A stretch of 64,000 nt of DNA from Neocallimastix sp. 'constans' (lineage: Eukaryota), in NCBI GenBank assembly GCA_050613775.1, contig JBODTK010000011.1:930001-994000 (forward strand), given 5' to 3'. The stretch's first letter is position 1, and every line of letters starts with the position of its first letter. The notes beneath the pieces are model-generated. The model did not search any database. It was not told the origin of the DNA and was given only the letters and a program-made list of their open reading frames with translations. The translations under genes were made by a program, and so were the position numbers. This document shows positions 48,508-59,639 of this stretch, one piece after another.

Positions 48508-51500
48508 TTATTTATCAATTCCTCCACCATCAGATTGAACTTCGTCTCTTGAAGTTGTAATATTTTCTTCTCTTATTGTATATGGATAAACATTTTTAAT
48601 ATGTACATTTCTTGAAAGTAATTTTCCAGTTTGTGGGTCTTCTAATACTACTGTGTTGAATTTTGGTTCTTTTACAACTCTAAATGGTCCGTAAAAGTAA
48701 GGGTCTAACTTTGTCCTGTTAATTAATCTTATCATCACATAGTCTCCAATTTTGTATTGTTTCTTTAAGGCTTTATTGAAACCTATTCTGTGTTCCCAAT
48801 ATTTATTAGCATATTCTGAATATCCTATTGCTTCTTTTACCCATTTGTAATGTCTTAAAAATCTTCGAAAATTAAATTCGTCTTCTGTTTCTCCTTCTTC
48901 TTGGTGAATATCCGGAAACATGATTTCCATTGGCCAAGTATCCCTTCTTCCATATAATAGTTCAAAACTGCTGAATTTAGTTTTTGAACTTTTTGTTGTT
49001 CTAAGTGCCCATAAGACTGATGGAAGACATTCGTCCCATTCCTGTTCTTCCGTTATTAATAATCGTAATATTTTTCCAATCTCTCTATTTCTGTTTTCTA
49101 TCATTCCATTTGATTGTGGATGGTGTGGTGCAGTAAAATGTACCCATGATCCATATAAATCGATCATCATTTTTGTAATATCCGAAATGAATGAGGATCC
49201 ATTATCTGTTATGATTATTTCTGGTGGTCCATGTCTTGCTATTACTTCTGTTAAAAATTTAATTACCTGTTCTGATTTAATATCTGGTATAGCTTTGGCT
49301 TCTGGCCATTTAGTAAAGTAATCAACTAAAGTAATTATATATTTATTACCTTGTTTTGTGGCTGGTAACGGTCCGATAATATCTAGTCCTACTCTGGTAA
49401 AAGGTTTTTCAATTGGTGTAATATGATCTTCTGTATTTTGTGGTAGTGATTTGGGTCTAAATAGTTGACACTTGTGGCATGATCGAACCCACATTCTAAC
49501 ATCATTCCATATTCCAGGCCAGTAGTATGATTCTAAAATTCTTAAAGTAGTCTTTTCAGCACCTTCATGGCCGACGTTATGAGCTCTATCAATAATATCT
49601 TTCTTATCTTCATCTCTATAAATGACTTTTAAATATAAATCGTTTTTTTTATAATATAAAGTGTTATCTATTATTTGATAATTTTTGCTAAAATATTTTC
49701 TTATACCTTCTGGTAAGTCTAAATCTCTTGGGTTGATATCACTTAAAATAGCATTAATACAATTTGTAACACTCTCATTTTGTTTTGATGGTAATCTAGA
49801 TAAAGCATCTGCGAATATATTAGACTTTCCTTTTTCGTATATTAATTTTATTTTATATTTATTAAATTCTTCTATCCATCTAAAATGTCTATTTTTGGTT
49901 GGTATGCTATTTTCAAAAAAACCTAAAAGTGGTTTATGGTCAGTAATTACTGTTGTTATTTGTTTATTACTTACAATATATTCGCGGAATTTCTTTAAAC
50001 TATAAATAACTGCTAAGCCTTCCAGATCGGTTATAGAGTAATTTTCTTCTGCAGGCTTTAAGGATCTGCTAACACAATAAATTGGATGTTCCAATTTATC
50101 TTCCTCCCGTTGCAAGAGTACACCCCCGATTCCTTTGATAGAAGCATCTGTTCTAATAATGAATGGCCTATTGAAATCAGGAAAGGCAAGTATTGGATCT
50201 TTCAAGAGACAATTTCTTAAATCTTCAAATGCTAAGGTACAATCATTATTCCAATTGTAATTATTATTTTTCTTTAAAAGTTTGAATAGTGGACTAGCTC
50301 TAATAGAAAAGTTTTTTATAAATTTTCTGTAATAACTTACCAAACCAAGAAATGATCTTAATTGAGAAATATTCTTTGGGTTTTCCCATAAGGCAATACT
50401 TTGGACTTTTGATGGTGCAGTTTTTAATCCATCAGCTGTTAGTACATGTCCTAAAACTTCGACTTTTTCTTTAAAAAATTGACACTTTTGTAAATTTATT
50501 GATAAATTATATTTTGAGAATATATCGAATACTAATTTTAAGTGATTTATGTGCTCTTTTAAATTCTTAGAATAAACCACGATATCGTCAATATAGACAA
50601 ATAAGCATTCACCTATTAATGGTAGCAATATCCGATTCATTTCTCGTTGGAATGTCGCTGGCGCATTTGTGAGTCCAAAAGGCATTACTAAAAAATTGTA
50701 ATTTCCAAATTTTGTGGTGAATGATGTTTTCTCGATATCTTTCTTATTCATTGGTATTTGGTGGTAACCAGAAAATAAATCCAATGCGGAAAATATTTTT
50801 GCACCCTTTACTGATGTTACTAATTCGTCAATGAGAGGCAAGGCATAAGAATCTTTTATTGTAATATTATTCAGTTTTCTATAATCAATACACATTCTCC
50901 ATTTTCCATTTTTCTTTTGAACAAGTAATACTGGGAATGCCCATGGTGAATGGGAAGGTTCTATTAGTCCTTTGTTTAATAATGATATTATTTCCTCCTT
51001 AAGAATATTTGAATGTTCCTTTGATAATTTGTACGGTTTTAATTTTATTGGTACATTGGTAGTTGTTATTATATTATGAGGATGCAAATTTGCAGTTGTT
51101 AATTGAGAAAGAGAAGTTGCCATACACTTTTGATTATTTAATATTAAAATTTTAAATTCTTCCTTTATTTCAATTGGTACTTCGTTAATTATTTCATTAA
51201 GAGTATTCATAAATTCATTTTCTTCTTCGTTTGAAATAATAATTGAATTAATTAAAGGTATGTCCTGTTTACTATTAATAATTTCGCTAACTTTAATTAA
51301 ACCTTTATCAGTCTTCTTGTAAATAAAATCATCATCTGGGTCAATTAATAATCTATATTTCTTTTGTATACTTCTTCCTATAATTAAATCATAATAATTA
51401 TTTGTATAGTCTATAATATAAAATTTTTCATTAATAGTTAAATTTTCACTTATTTTTAATTTTATAGTTGTATAATATTGAGTTGGTATTAATGTTCCAT

Positions 51501-52521
51501 CAGCTAGAGCAATGGTAATTGTTTCGTCAGTTTTTACTATGTTATTTAATTCAGTTTTATTAAAACTTTCTAAGGTAATTATATTAATATTTGCACCAGT
51601 ATCAAATAATACTTTAAAAGGTTGGTTATTTATTTCCCCAATGATAATCGGTATATTAAAATTCGCTATTGAACATAAAATTCTTTCTACTCTTGGCTTT
51701 AGACCCTGTTCCAATTCTTTTCTTATTGCTGGACTTGCTGCTAATAGCTGTGCTAAATTAATTTTTGGATAGATTGATTTGATTTCTTCAATAATATTAA
51801 ACTTTTGTTCTTTATCTAATAATTTTATTTCAGTCATATTCCTTTTAGTAATAAATTTTGTTGGCTTATTTTCATTATAATTATCTTTATCTAAATCAAT
51901 TACATTATTTGTTTTTATTTCATTTTTATTTTTATAATTTTCATTATCTTTATTACTATTATCATTTTTATTATCATCATTATTCTTATTATCATAATTA
52001 TTTTTATTATTTTTATTATTTTTATTATTTGTATTATTTGTATTATTTGTATTATTGGTATTATTTGTATTATTTGTATTATTTGTATTATTATCATTAT
52101 TATTACTAATTCCATTACTGTCATTATTATTAATAATACCATCATTACTATGATTATTATTAAGATTTATACTTTCCTCAAGATTATTTTTATTTTCTAT
52201 TTCTTGATTATTATTAGTTTCGTTATTTTCATTCTGGTTGGAGTATTCTTCTTCATTATCATCTATATCCATGGCTCTTCTTCTTTTGTCTCTAATTTCT
52301 CTTTTTTGTTGTTTTACTATTTTAATTTTGGGTTGGTTTAATATTGAAGGTTTAATAATTGATTTATTTGATAATTTTATTTTGGTTTTATTCAATTGAT
52401 TTGAAGTTGTAGTCTTTTTTTTTTGTGCGGCATTAATTGTGTATATGTTATTGTTATTATTGGAATTTATTGTATTTGCAATTTTATTTATATTGGGAGA
52501 TTGCGTACTCCCATTATTTAT
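48508..52521 (-). CDS. pol: Family D Pol (reached by -1 frameshift; stop lies inside the 3' LTR)
   Basis: LFDTGA, YIDDIVV, RTDAS, GLDIIGP/TDNGSSF. Uninterrupted. Confidence 0.95.
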   Translation of the reverse strand: MNNGSTQSPNINKIANTINSNNNNNIYTINAAQKKKTTTSNQLNKTKIKLSNKSIIKPSILNQPKIKIVKQQKREIRDKRRRAMDIDDNEEEYSNQNENNETNNNQEIENKNNLEESINLNNNHSNDGIINNNDSNGISNNNDNNTNNTNNTNNTNNTNNTNNTNNKNNKNNKNNYDNKNNDDNKNDNSNKDNENYKNKNEIKTNNVIDLDKDNYNENKPTKFITKRNMTEIKLLDKEQKFNIIEEIKSIYPKINLAQLLAASPAIRKELEQGLKPRVERILCSIANFNIPIIIGEINNQPFKVLFDTGANINIITLESFNKTELNNIVKTDETITIALADGTLIPTQYYTTIKLKISENLTINEKFYIIDYTNNYYDLIIGRSIQKKYRLLIDPDDDFIYKKTDKGLIKVSEIINSKQDIPLINSIIISNEEENEFMNTLNEIINEVPIEIKEEFKILILNNQKCMATSLSQLTTANLHPHNIITTTNVPIKLKPYKLSKEHSNILKEEIISLLNKGLIEPSHSPWAFPVLLVQKKNGKWRMCIDYRKLNNITIKDSYALPLIDELVTSVKGAKIFSALDLFSGYHQIPMNKKDIEKTSFTTKFGNYNFLVMPFGLTNAPATFQREMNRILLPLIGECLFVYIDDIVVYSKNLKEHINHLKLVFDIFSKYNLSINLQKCQFFKEKVEVLGHVLTADGLKTAPSKVQSIALWENPKNISQLRSFLGLVSYYRKFIKNFSIRASPLFKLLKKNNNYNWNNDCTLAFEDLRNCLLKDPILAFPDFNRPFIIRTDASIKGIGGVLLQREEDKLEHPIYCVSRSLKPAEENYSITDLEGLAVIYSLKKFREYIVSNKQITTVITDHKPLLGFFENSIPTKNRHFRWIEEFNKYKIKLIYEKGKSNIFADALSRLPSKQNESVTNCINAILSDINPRDLDLPEGIRKYFSKNYQIIDNTLYYKKNDLYLKVIYRDEDKKDIIDRAHNVGHEGAEKTTLRILESYYWPGIWNDVRMWVRSCHKCQLFRPKSLPQNTEDHITPIEKPFTRVGLDIIGPLPATKQGNKYIITLVDYFTKWPEAKAIPDIKSEQVIKFLTEVIARHGPPEIIITDNGSSFISDITKMMIDLYGSWVHFTAPHHPQSNGMIENRNREIGKILRLLITEEQEWDECLPSVLWALRTTKSSKTKFSSFELLYGRRDTWPMEIMFPDIHQEEGETEDEFNFRRFLRHYKWVKEAIGYSEYANKYWEHRIGFNKALKKQYKIGDYVMIRLINRTKLDPYFYGPFRVVKEPKFNTVVLEDPQTGKLLSRNVHIKNVYPYTIREENITTSRDEVQSDGGGIDK

Positions 52522-53468
52522 TTTAAACGTTCATCATTTTGTTTAGATTCTGGGCAGTCAACTTCATTATGTCCGATCCTCATACAATTTACGCAAAAAT
52601 TAATTTTTAAGTCGGAGAGCTTTTGTGTTATTTCTTTTATTTCTTCATCATTTATGCTTTGTTTTGCATTATTTCTATTATTATTAGTATTTTTATTTAA
52701 TTGTTCTTTATATTGATAATAATTATTGTACTTATTATTGTAGTTACTATTATAGGATTTATTATTATAAAAATTTTTATTTTGATATCCATACGTTGAA
52801 CTATTAGCGTTATTATTATTTCCTTCCTTATTTTTATTATTTGGAGAATAAAAATTAATATAAGAACTTTCGGATTGCCTTTTTGTAGAATTATGGCTAG
52901 TAGTTTTCTCTTTTGAAGGATTTTTATTTTTATTTTCTTTAATAAGGTTCATAATCTTTTCTTTCTTCGAAGTGATTTTCTGAGCTTCTTCTAAGGTTGT
53001 TGGTTCTTCCTCCATTAAACTTTCGTATATTTTATTCCAATTACGAAAAGCATTTATATAATAAGATGTTACGATAACATCTGAGATTACCACAGTTTTA
53101 CTTATTTGGTTTAGCAATTCAGAGAATCGTATGTCAAAGTCTGTAATTGTTTCATCTTTACGTATAGTAATAGATGAAAGTTCCAGAAGTCTGGAATTCT
53201 TTGACGCAGTTTTCTTATAATACTTTGCTAAATTTGTTAATATAGTATCATATTCATCTGGTATTTTTTTATTTAGAGAATTATAAACTATTGTCCTTGC
53301 AACACCATCTGTTATTGCAATTAAATAATCTATTTTCTCTCTTTCTTCGCTTACTTTAAAAGTAAGACACCAATGTTCGAATGCAAACTTCCATTCATCG
53401 AATGCAACTTTTGTTTTTCCGAGAATGGGAAGTCTGTTGAACGTTATTAATTTTATTTGATTTTCCAT
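52518..53468 (-). CDS. gag: Family D Gag with CCHC knuckle
   Basis: CVNCMRIGHNEVDC; intact 316-aa ORF. Confidence 0.92.
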   Translation of the reverse strand: MENQIKLITFNRLPILGKTKVAFDEWKFAFEHWCLTFKVSEEREKIDYLIAITDGVARTIVYNSLNKKIPDEYDTILTNLAKYYKKTASKNSRLLELSSITIRKDETITDFDIRFSELLNQISKTVVISDVIVTSYYINAFRNWNKIYESLMEEEPTTLEEAQKITSKKEKIMNLIKENKNKNPSKEKTTSHNSTKRQSESSYINFYSPNNKNKEGNNNNANSSTYGYQNKNFYNNKSYNSNYNNKYNNYYQYKEQLNKNTNNNRNNAKQSINDEEIKEITQKLSDLKINFCVNCMRIGHNEVDCPESKQNDERLK

Positions 53469-53553
53469 TTTTTTTTTTTTTTTTATATATTTTTATTTTA
53501 TTTTATTTTACTTATATATGCTACTTTATTGTATCACTATATATGTATATTTA

Positions 53554-53585
<32 letters not shown>

Positions 53586-53819
53586 TTTTTTTTTTTTTTA
53601 TATATATATATTATTTACTTATATTATTTGTATTATTTTACTTATTTATATTTATATTATTTAACTTATTTATATTATTTAACTTATTTATATTATTTAA
53701 CTTATTTTATTATTTTCTTCATTTAATATATATTATCTTTTCTTTGTTTTATATATAAACTAAGATTAATTTTTAATATCTAAAAATTATATATTATTAC
53801 TAGTTCTATAATGGTTATA

Positions 53820-53878
<59 letters not shown>

Positions 53879-54891
53879 TAATAATAATTAATTATAATTT
53901 AATTTACTATATTTTTATTAATTGTGTAACTTATAATTTTTTTTTTTTAAAATAATTATATTAATAATTTTTAAATTAATTATTACATTAATCTATTTTA
54001 ATTAATTTCTGCTAAATCTTTTATAACTATGATTTAATGGTTTTCTTTTATTTATAATTAATTTTTACTTAAGTATTTTACCTCCTTGGGTTTTACATAA
54101 GAATAACTTTAATTACCTCATTGGGTTTTAATTTTTTTTTTTTTTATAGAATAAAGAATTCTACTTACCTCACCGGGCTTAGTTAGGATTCTCCACCAGT
54201 TTGACAAATGTTGATTATTATCTTAATTTAGAATTTACTTCTAAAAGTGATAATAATTTGTCAATTAATAGGGTAGTTATTAACACAAAGATGTTAATTA
54301 AAACACTACAGTTTAAAATAAGAAAAGAATATTTGTTTTTTTTTTTATAATAAAACTTTATTTATCAATATAAAATTGTACTTTTTATTATTTTGAATAT
54401 TTATATTCTTAATAAAAAGTATTTAAAATAAATGAGAATAAAAGAAAATAATTTATTAAAACTTAAATTTTAAATTTTTAATTCTTGAATTCTGATTTTT
54501 TATTTTTAAAGAAATATTTACATGTTTTTATATTTTTCTTTTAAGTTTAAATTATTTAAAATAAAACTATATAATTATTTTAAGTAAACACTTTTAAGAT
54601 AAAATAAACAATTTTGTTATTATTAATAAGTTTCTTTTTAATTAATATTAATATCAATTTAAACTGAGATTTAATTTAAAATCGTTAAAGTAAAATAAAA
54701 GAATAATTTAATATAAAATACATTGTTCTTTAAATTAAAATAATATTTATTTAATAATTTTAAATCTTTTAATTTATTTTTATTAAAATATTATTTTATA
54801 ATTATCAATAACTAATGAAGAGGGTTATTATTCCATTTTATTGATTTTTCTTAATTTATAATTTGGTTATTTATCACACGAAAACAGGTAA

Positions 54892-54963
54892 GGAGGGTTG
54901 GCGCAACGGTAGCGCGTCCGCCTCCAGAGCGGAAGGTTGGGTGTTCGAATCACTCACTCTCCA
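54892..54963 (+). tRNA. trnW: tRNA-Trp (CCA), copy 2
   Basis: Identical to 6287-6358, oligo-T terminator. Confidence 0.96.
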
Positions 54964-55051
54964 TTTTTATTTCCTTTTTTATTAAATAGAAATGTTTTTT
55001 TACCTATAAACTATATCAAAATAAATTCATTATTTATTTATTTTTAATTTC

Positions 55052-55083
<32 letters not shown>

Positions 55084-55353
55084 GTATTACATTGCTTTGA
55101 TTAATTATTATTTTTATATCTATCTATATTAATTTAATATTTTTATTTTAAAAAGTAAAACTAAATAAAAAGAGAATGAAAAATAAAAATAAGATAAAAA
55201 TTAAGAACAGAAAGATAAACTATTTCTTAATAAATATTTTTTTATTTTAAATAAGAAAAAGGAAATTCTATCACTTATATAAAATATGTAAATAATTTGA
55301 TATTAAAATTTCAATAATGAAATATTTTCATTAATTAAATAGTTTCATCAATA

Positions 55354-56706
55354 TTAATTTCTACCTATTAATAAAAATGAAATTATTAATGAAAAGATTA
55401 ATAATTTAAAAGACTCAATATTTATACTAGATGTAGCTTTGTTTTCTTTATCATTATAAACATTATAATCTTGTATAGTATTAATACTACACTCTCCTTG
55501 GTCATCATAATCTGATTTTACTAATTTAATACTATCAAAATAAATAATTTGAGAATCCTTTTTACTTCCTTGAAACATGAATTTTCGAAATTTTTTAGTT
55601 GAACTTGTAAGTCCTAGTTCTTCTAATGTTAATACTTTTTCTTCCCATTTACCCGCTTCTGAAGTACTAATAGAATAAAATGAATAATCATCTAATTTTA
55701 TTTTTAAACATTTATCACATGTATTTTCTGTTTTAATGGCAAATTTGATAGCATTGTATCTTTTAGTTTCTGGTTGAATTCTATTAAAAAATTGATATAC
55801 ATTCCAATCCTTAAAATTAACTTTGATACATTTTTTTCCTTCATAACAATTTTCGGAATATTCATTCTCTGGCTCACAATTAGAAATATCTTGCCATTCT
55901 CCTAAATATTTTCCTTCATAATAAATATCTGTATAAGCATCATCTAATTTACAACATCCTTCAACTTTAGGTGATTTAATTTCTTTCAATGAAAATGGAT
56001 CATACATTTTATTTGGTACTGAAAATTGAACTCCTGTATCATAATAATTATCTGCAATAATTTCATTTATAGTTGTTTCAACTTTTTCTCCAGAAATAGA
56101 TTCTAATTGAATATATAATGGTAATTCTACACTTCTAATAGTCCAATGATTATAATCACCTTCTCTTTCTAATCCAGTCCATGTTTCATTATCATAAGAG
56201 TAATACACTTTTTTTAAACCAATATTATGATATAAGATAACAAAACTAAAAAAATATTTTGAGACATCTTTTTTAGTTTTTAATATCATATTACTTTCAT
56301 GGTCACATGAAACCATTCTAAAAGTAACATTTAATCTTCCTATACCTTCATCAACAATAGTATCAAACCCATTTTTATGTAAATCAAAATGAAGCATATC
56401 TCCACTACATGAATGTTCATTACCTTTAACTGGGCAATGAGAATCCACCATAAAAAGTAAAACTCCATTTGGACCAACTAATTCATAACATATACCACAT
56501 TTCTCTCCTAAATTATAAAATGCTTCATTTGGAGCAGCACCATACATTTTCGGAATACCAAATCCACATGAACCTCCCTTTTCATATCCATCATAAGCTG
56601 TAATTCTTCCCTGTGTACATTCTGAATATGGAGTTAATGATAAAATTAGTTTATGAAAATCAAAAAATAATATTAAAAAAATTAAATATTTTTTTATATA
56701 TGTCAT
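55354..56706 (-). CDS. Secreted expansin-like protein (DPBB + CBM63-like + extra carbohydrate-binding-like domain), hydrophobic C-terminus (possible GPI anchor)
   Basis: Signal peptide, GGSCGFG, CGICYEL, VDSHCP, HFDL motifs. Confidence 0.85.
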   Translation of the reverse strand: MTYIKKYLIFLILFFDFHKLILSLTPYSECTQGRITAYDGYEKGGSCGFGIPKMYGAAPNEAFYNLGEKCGICYELVGPNGVLLFMVDSHCPVKGNEHSCSGDMLHFDLHKNGFDTIVDEGIGRLNVTFRMVSCDHESNMILKTKKDVSKYFFSFVILYHNIGLKKVYYSYDNETWTGLEREGDYNHWTIRSVELPLYIQLESISGEKVETTINEIIADNYYDTGVQFSVPNKMYDPFSLKEIKSPKVEGCCKLDDAYTDIYYEGKYLGEWQDISNCEPENEYSENCYEGKKCIKVNFKDWNVYQFFNRIQPETKRYNAIKFAIKTENTCDKCLKIKLDDYSFYSISTSEAGKWEEKVLTLEELGLTSSTKKFRKFMFQGSKKDSQIIYFDSIKLVKSDYDDQGECSINTIQDYNVYNDKENKATSSINIESFKLLIFSLIISFLLIGRN

Positions 56707-57394
56707 TTTAATTATTATTACTTTTTTTTCTTTATTATTATTATTTAAAATAAATATATATTTTTTTTAAGAAATTAAAATTAATAATTATGATATTAAA
56801 TATTTATTGTAATAATAGTATATCTCCAATTAAACTTTAATTAATAATAAAAAAACAAAACACTGAGTTTCAATAACAAAAAAATTTTATTCGAAAAAAA
56901 ATTTTATTACGTATATATTATGTATAAATATTATATAATAAGATTATTATTATTATTATTATTATTTAAAATTTATATTATTATTAAATTTTAATATATA
57001 TATATCTTTTATTGTATATTATAATAATGAATATAGCAATAAAATATTTTTTTATTTATTACAATTATAAGTCTTCATATATCTTATAAAGTCTTATAAA
57101 AATAATTCATAATATACTATCTATCAATGTAACAATATATCTTTTTTTTTCCATATAAATGGTTTTTAAAAAATAAAAAATTCATAATTAAAGATAAAGA
57201 TATTAATTAATAATTTATTTATTTACTTATTTATTTATTTACTTATTTACTTATTTGAATAAAATAACTATATTTTATTGAATTTTATTTTTATTACTTG
57301 TTGAATTCATAATATTTTAATGTTTTTTTTTTTTTTTACTTTAATTAATAATAAGAATAAAAAAAAAATTTATATTTAGTAATGAATCAAATTT

Positions 57395-59059
57395 TTAAAC
57401 TATTAATAAACTAATTATAATATTTATTATTAGTATTAAACCAATAGATTCCTTTAAAATTACTGAACCATTATTTTCTTCCCCTTTATTAAGTTCATTA
57501 TCTTCAATTGTACTTATATTATCTTGATCTTTTTTTTCTTGAGAATCATTACTATCTATATCCGTACTGTTAGTTTTTTGATTTTGAGTATCATTATTGT
57601 TATTTTGAGTATTTTGATTTTGAGTATCATTATTGTTATTTTGAGTATTTTGATTTTGATTATCTTGAGGGTCATTGTTAACATTATTATTAGTATTAGT
57701 ATTATTATCAGTATTATCAGTTTGGCTATTTTGATTTTGATTTTCTTGAGTGTCACTATTAATATTATTATTACTATCTGTTTGGCTATTTTGATTTTGA
57801 TTATCTTGGGAGATATTATTGTTTTGAATAGTATTTGGATTACATTCTCCTTGGTCATCATAATCTGATTTTACTAATTTAATACTATCAAAATAAATAA
57901 TTTGAGAATCCTTTTTACTTCCTTGAAACATAAATTTTCGAAATTTTTTGGTAGAACTTGTAAGTCCTAGTTCTTCTAATGTTAATACTTTTTCTTCCCA
58001 TTTACCCGCTTCTGAAGTACTAATAGAATAAAATGAATAATCATCTAATTTTATTTTTAAACATTTATCACATGTATTTTCTGTTTTAATGGCAAATTTG
58101 ATAGCATTGTATCTTTTAGTTTCTGGTTGAATTCTATTAAAAAATTGATATACATTCCAATCCTTAAAATTAACTTTGATACATTTTTTTCCTTCATAAC
58201 AATTTTCGGAATATTCATTCTCTGGCTCACAATTAGAAATATCTTGCCATTCTCCTAAATATTTTCCTTCATAATAAATATCTGTATAAGCATCATCTAA
58301 TTTACAACATCCTTCAACTTTAGGTGATTTAATTTCTTTCAATGAAAATGGATCATACATTTTATTTGGTACTGAAAATTGAACTCCTGTATCATAATAA
58401 TTATCTGCAATAATTTCATTTATAGTTGTTTCAACTTTTTCTCCAGAAATAGATTCTAATTGAATATATAATGGTAATTCTACACTTCTAATAGTCCAAT
58501 GATTATAATCACCTTCCCTTTCTAATCCAGTCCATGTTTCATTATCATAAGAGTAATACACTTTTTTTAAACCAATATTATGATATAAGATAACAAAACT
58601 AAAAAAATATTTTGAGACATCTTTTTTAGTTTTTAATATCATATTACTTTCATGGTCACATGAAACCATTCTAAAAGTAACATTTAATCTTCCTATACCT
58701 TCATCAACAATAGTATCAAACCCATTTTTATGTAAATCAAAATGAAGCATATCTCCACTACATGAATGTTCATTACCTTTAACTGGGCAATGAGAATCCA
58801 CCATAAAAAGTAAAACTCCATTTGGACCAACTAATTCATAACATATACCACATTTCTCTCCTAAATTATAAAATGCTTCATTTGGAGCAGCACCATACAT
58901 TTTCGGAATACCAAATCCACATGAACCTCCCTCTTCATATTCATCATAAGCTGTAATTCTTCCCTGTGTACATTCTGAATATGGTGTATAAGATGATATT
59001 AATGAAAATAACCTTAATAAAGATATCCAGAATATTATATATTTTATAGAATTGATCAT
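57395..59059 (-). CDS. Secreted expansin-like protein, paralog with Asn/Gln/Thr-rich stalk
   Basis: Core nearly identical to 55354-56706; distinct N- and C-termini. Confidence 0.85.
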   Translation of the reverse strand: MINSIKYIIFWISLLRLFSLISSYTPYSECTQGRITAYDEYEEGGSCGFGIPKMYGAAPNEAFYNLGEKCGICYELVGPNGVLLFMVDSHCPVKGNEHSCSGDMLHFDLHKNGFDTIVDEGIGRLNVTFRMVSCDHESNMILKTKKDVSKYFFSFVILYHNIGLKKVYYSYDNETWTGLEREGDYNHWTIRSVELPLYIQLESISGEKVETTINEIIADNYYDTGVQFSVPNKMYDPFSLKEIKSPKVEGCCKLDDAYTDIYYEGKYLGEWQDISNCEPENEYSENCYEGKKCIKVNFKDWNVYQFFNRIQPETKRYNAIKFAIKTENTCDKCLKIKLDDYSFYSISTSEAGKWEEKVLTLEELGLTSSTKKFRKFMFQGSKKDSQIIYFDSIKLVKSDYDDQGECNPNTIQNNNISQDNQNQNSQTDSNNNINSDTQENQNQNSQTDNTDNNTNTNNNVNNDPQDNQNQNTQNNNNDTQNQNTQNNNNDTQNQKTNSTDIDSNDSQEKKDQDNISTIEDNELNKGEENNGSVILKESIGLILIINIIISLLIV

Positions 59060-59639
59060 TTTATTAAATAAATAAATATATATAGTTATAATTTTTTTTT
59101 TTTTTTAAATTTTTTTATTTATAAAAATTAATAAATATGGAGAAATTTTAACCAAGAGAAAAATTTTTTTTTTTTTTTGTTTATTTCATAGATAAAATTT
59201 AAATTATTAATCATCTTTAATTCGAGTTTAAAATTTTTTTTTTCAATGTTATATATTTTATGTTGATAAATATCAATTTTATTTTTATTTAAAATTTTTT
59301 TATAATAAAAAATTTGATGTATCCAATTTAAAATTTAAAATATATAAAATTGTATAAAAAAAATTTTTTTTCAATAATAAATATATATTATCACTTATCA
59401 TTATTAAAATTTATTTTTAATCAAATAATAAATGAGAATAATATATATTTGAATATTTAAGAAAATATATGTAAATTAAAAATTGCTTGTATAATATAAT
59501 TAACATATTCTTTTAAAATTTTAAGCATTTAATTAAGAATTAATATATATACTATTTTATTTCTGATTTAGTTTTATTTAATGAATTAATATAAATAATA
59601 AGTTTTTTCTATCTATCATATTAGTTCTAATATTTTAAT

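Larger units (their letters stand above)
47843..54876 (-). mobile_element. Full-length Ty3/Gypsy element, family D (youngest in stack); LTRs 47843-48517 and 54202-54876
   Basis: 675-bp LTRs with no difference seen by eye, TSD CACG, PBS TGGTGGAGAATCC (54186-54198), ends 15 nt from tRNA. Confidence 0.97.

Noticed and set aside
33950..52716. Many short antisense or alternate-frame ORFs overlapping gag and pol
   Set aside because: Shadow frames of codon-biased, Asn-rich coding sequence with no motifs.
14775..54880. CACG or CACGTG as a sequence-specific target or E-box
   Set aside because: The motif is produced by an LTR-terminal CA plus target CG plus the next TG and is propagated by TSDs. The tRNA-1 insertion uses ATGT at the same distance.
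6359..54880. Stack as a piRNA-cluster-like antisense locus driven from tRNA copy 1
   Set aside because: An oligo-T Pol III terminator follows the tRNA directly and nothing in the sequence shows read-through; small-RNA data would be needed.
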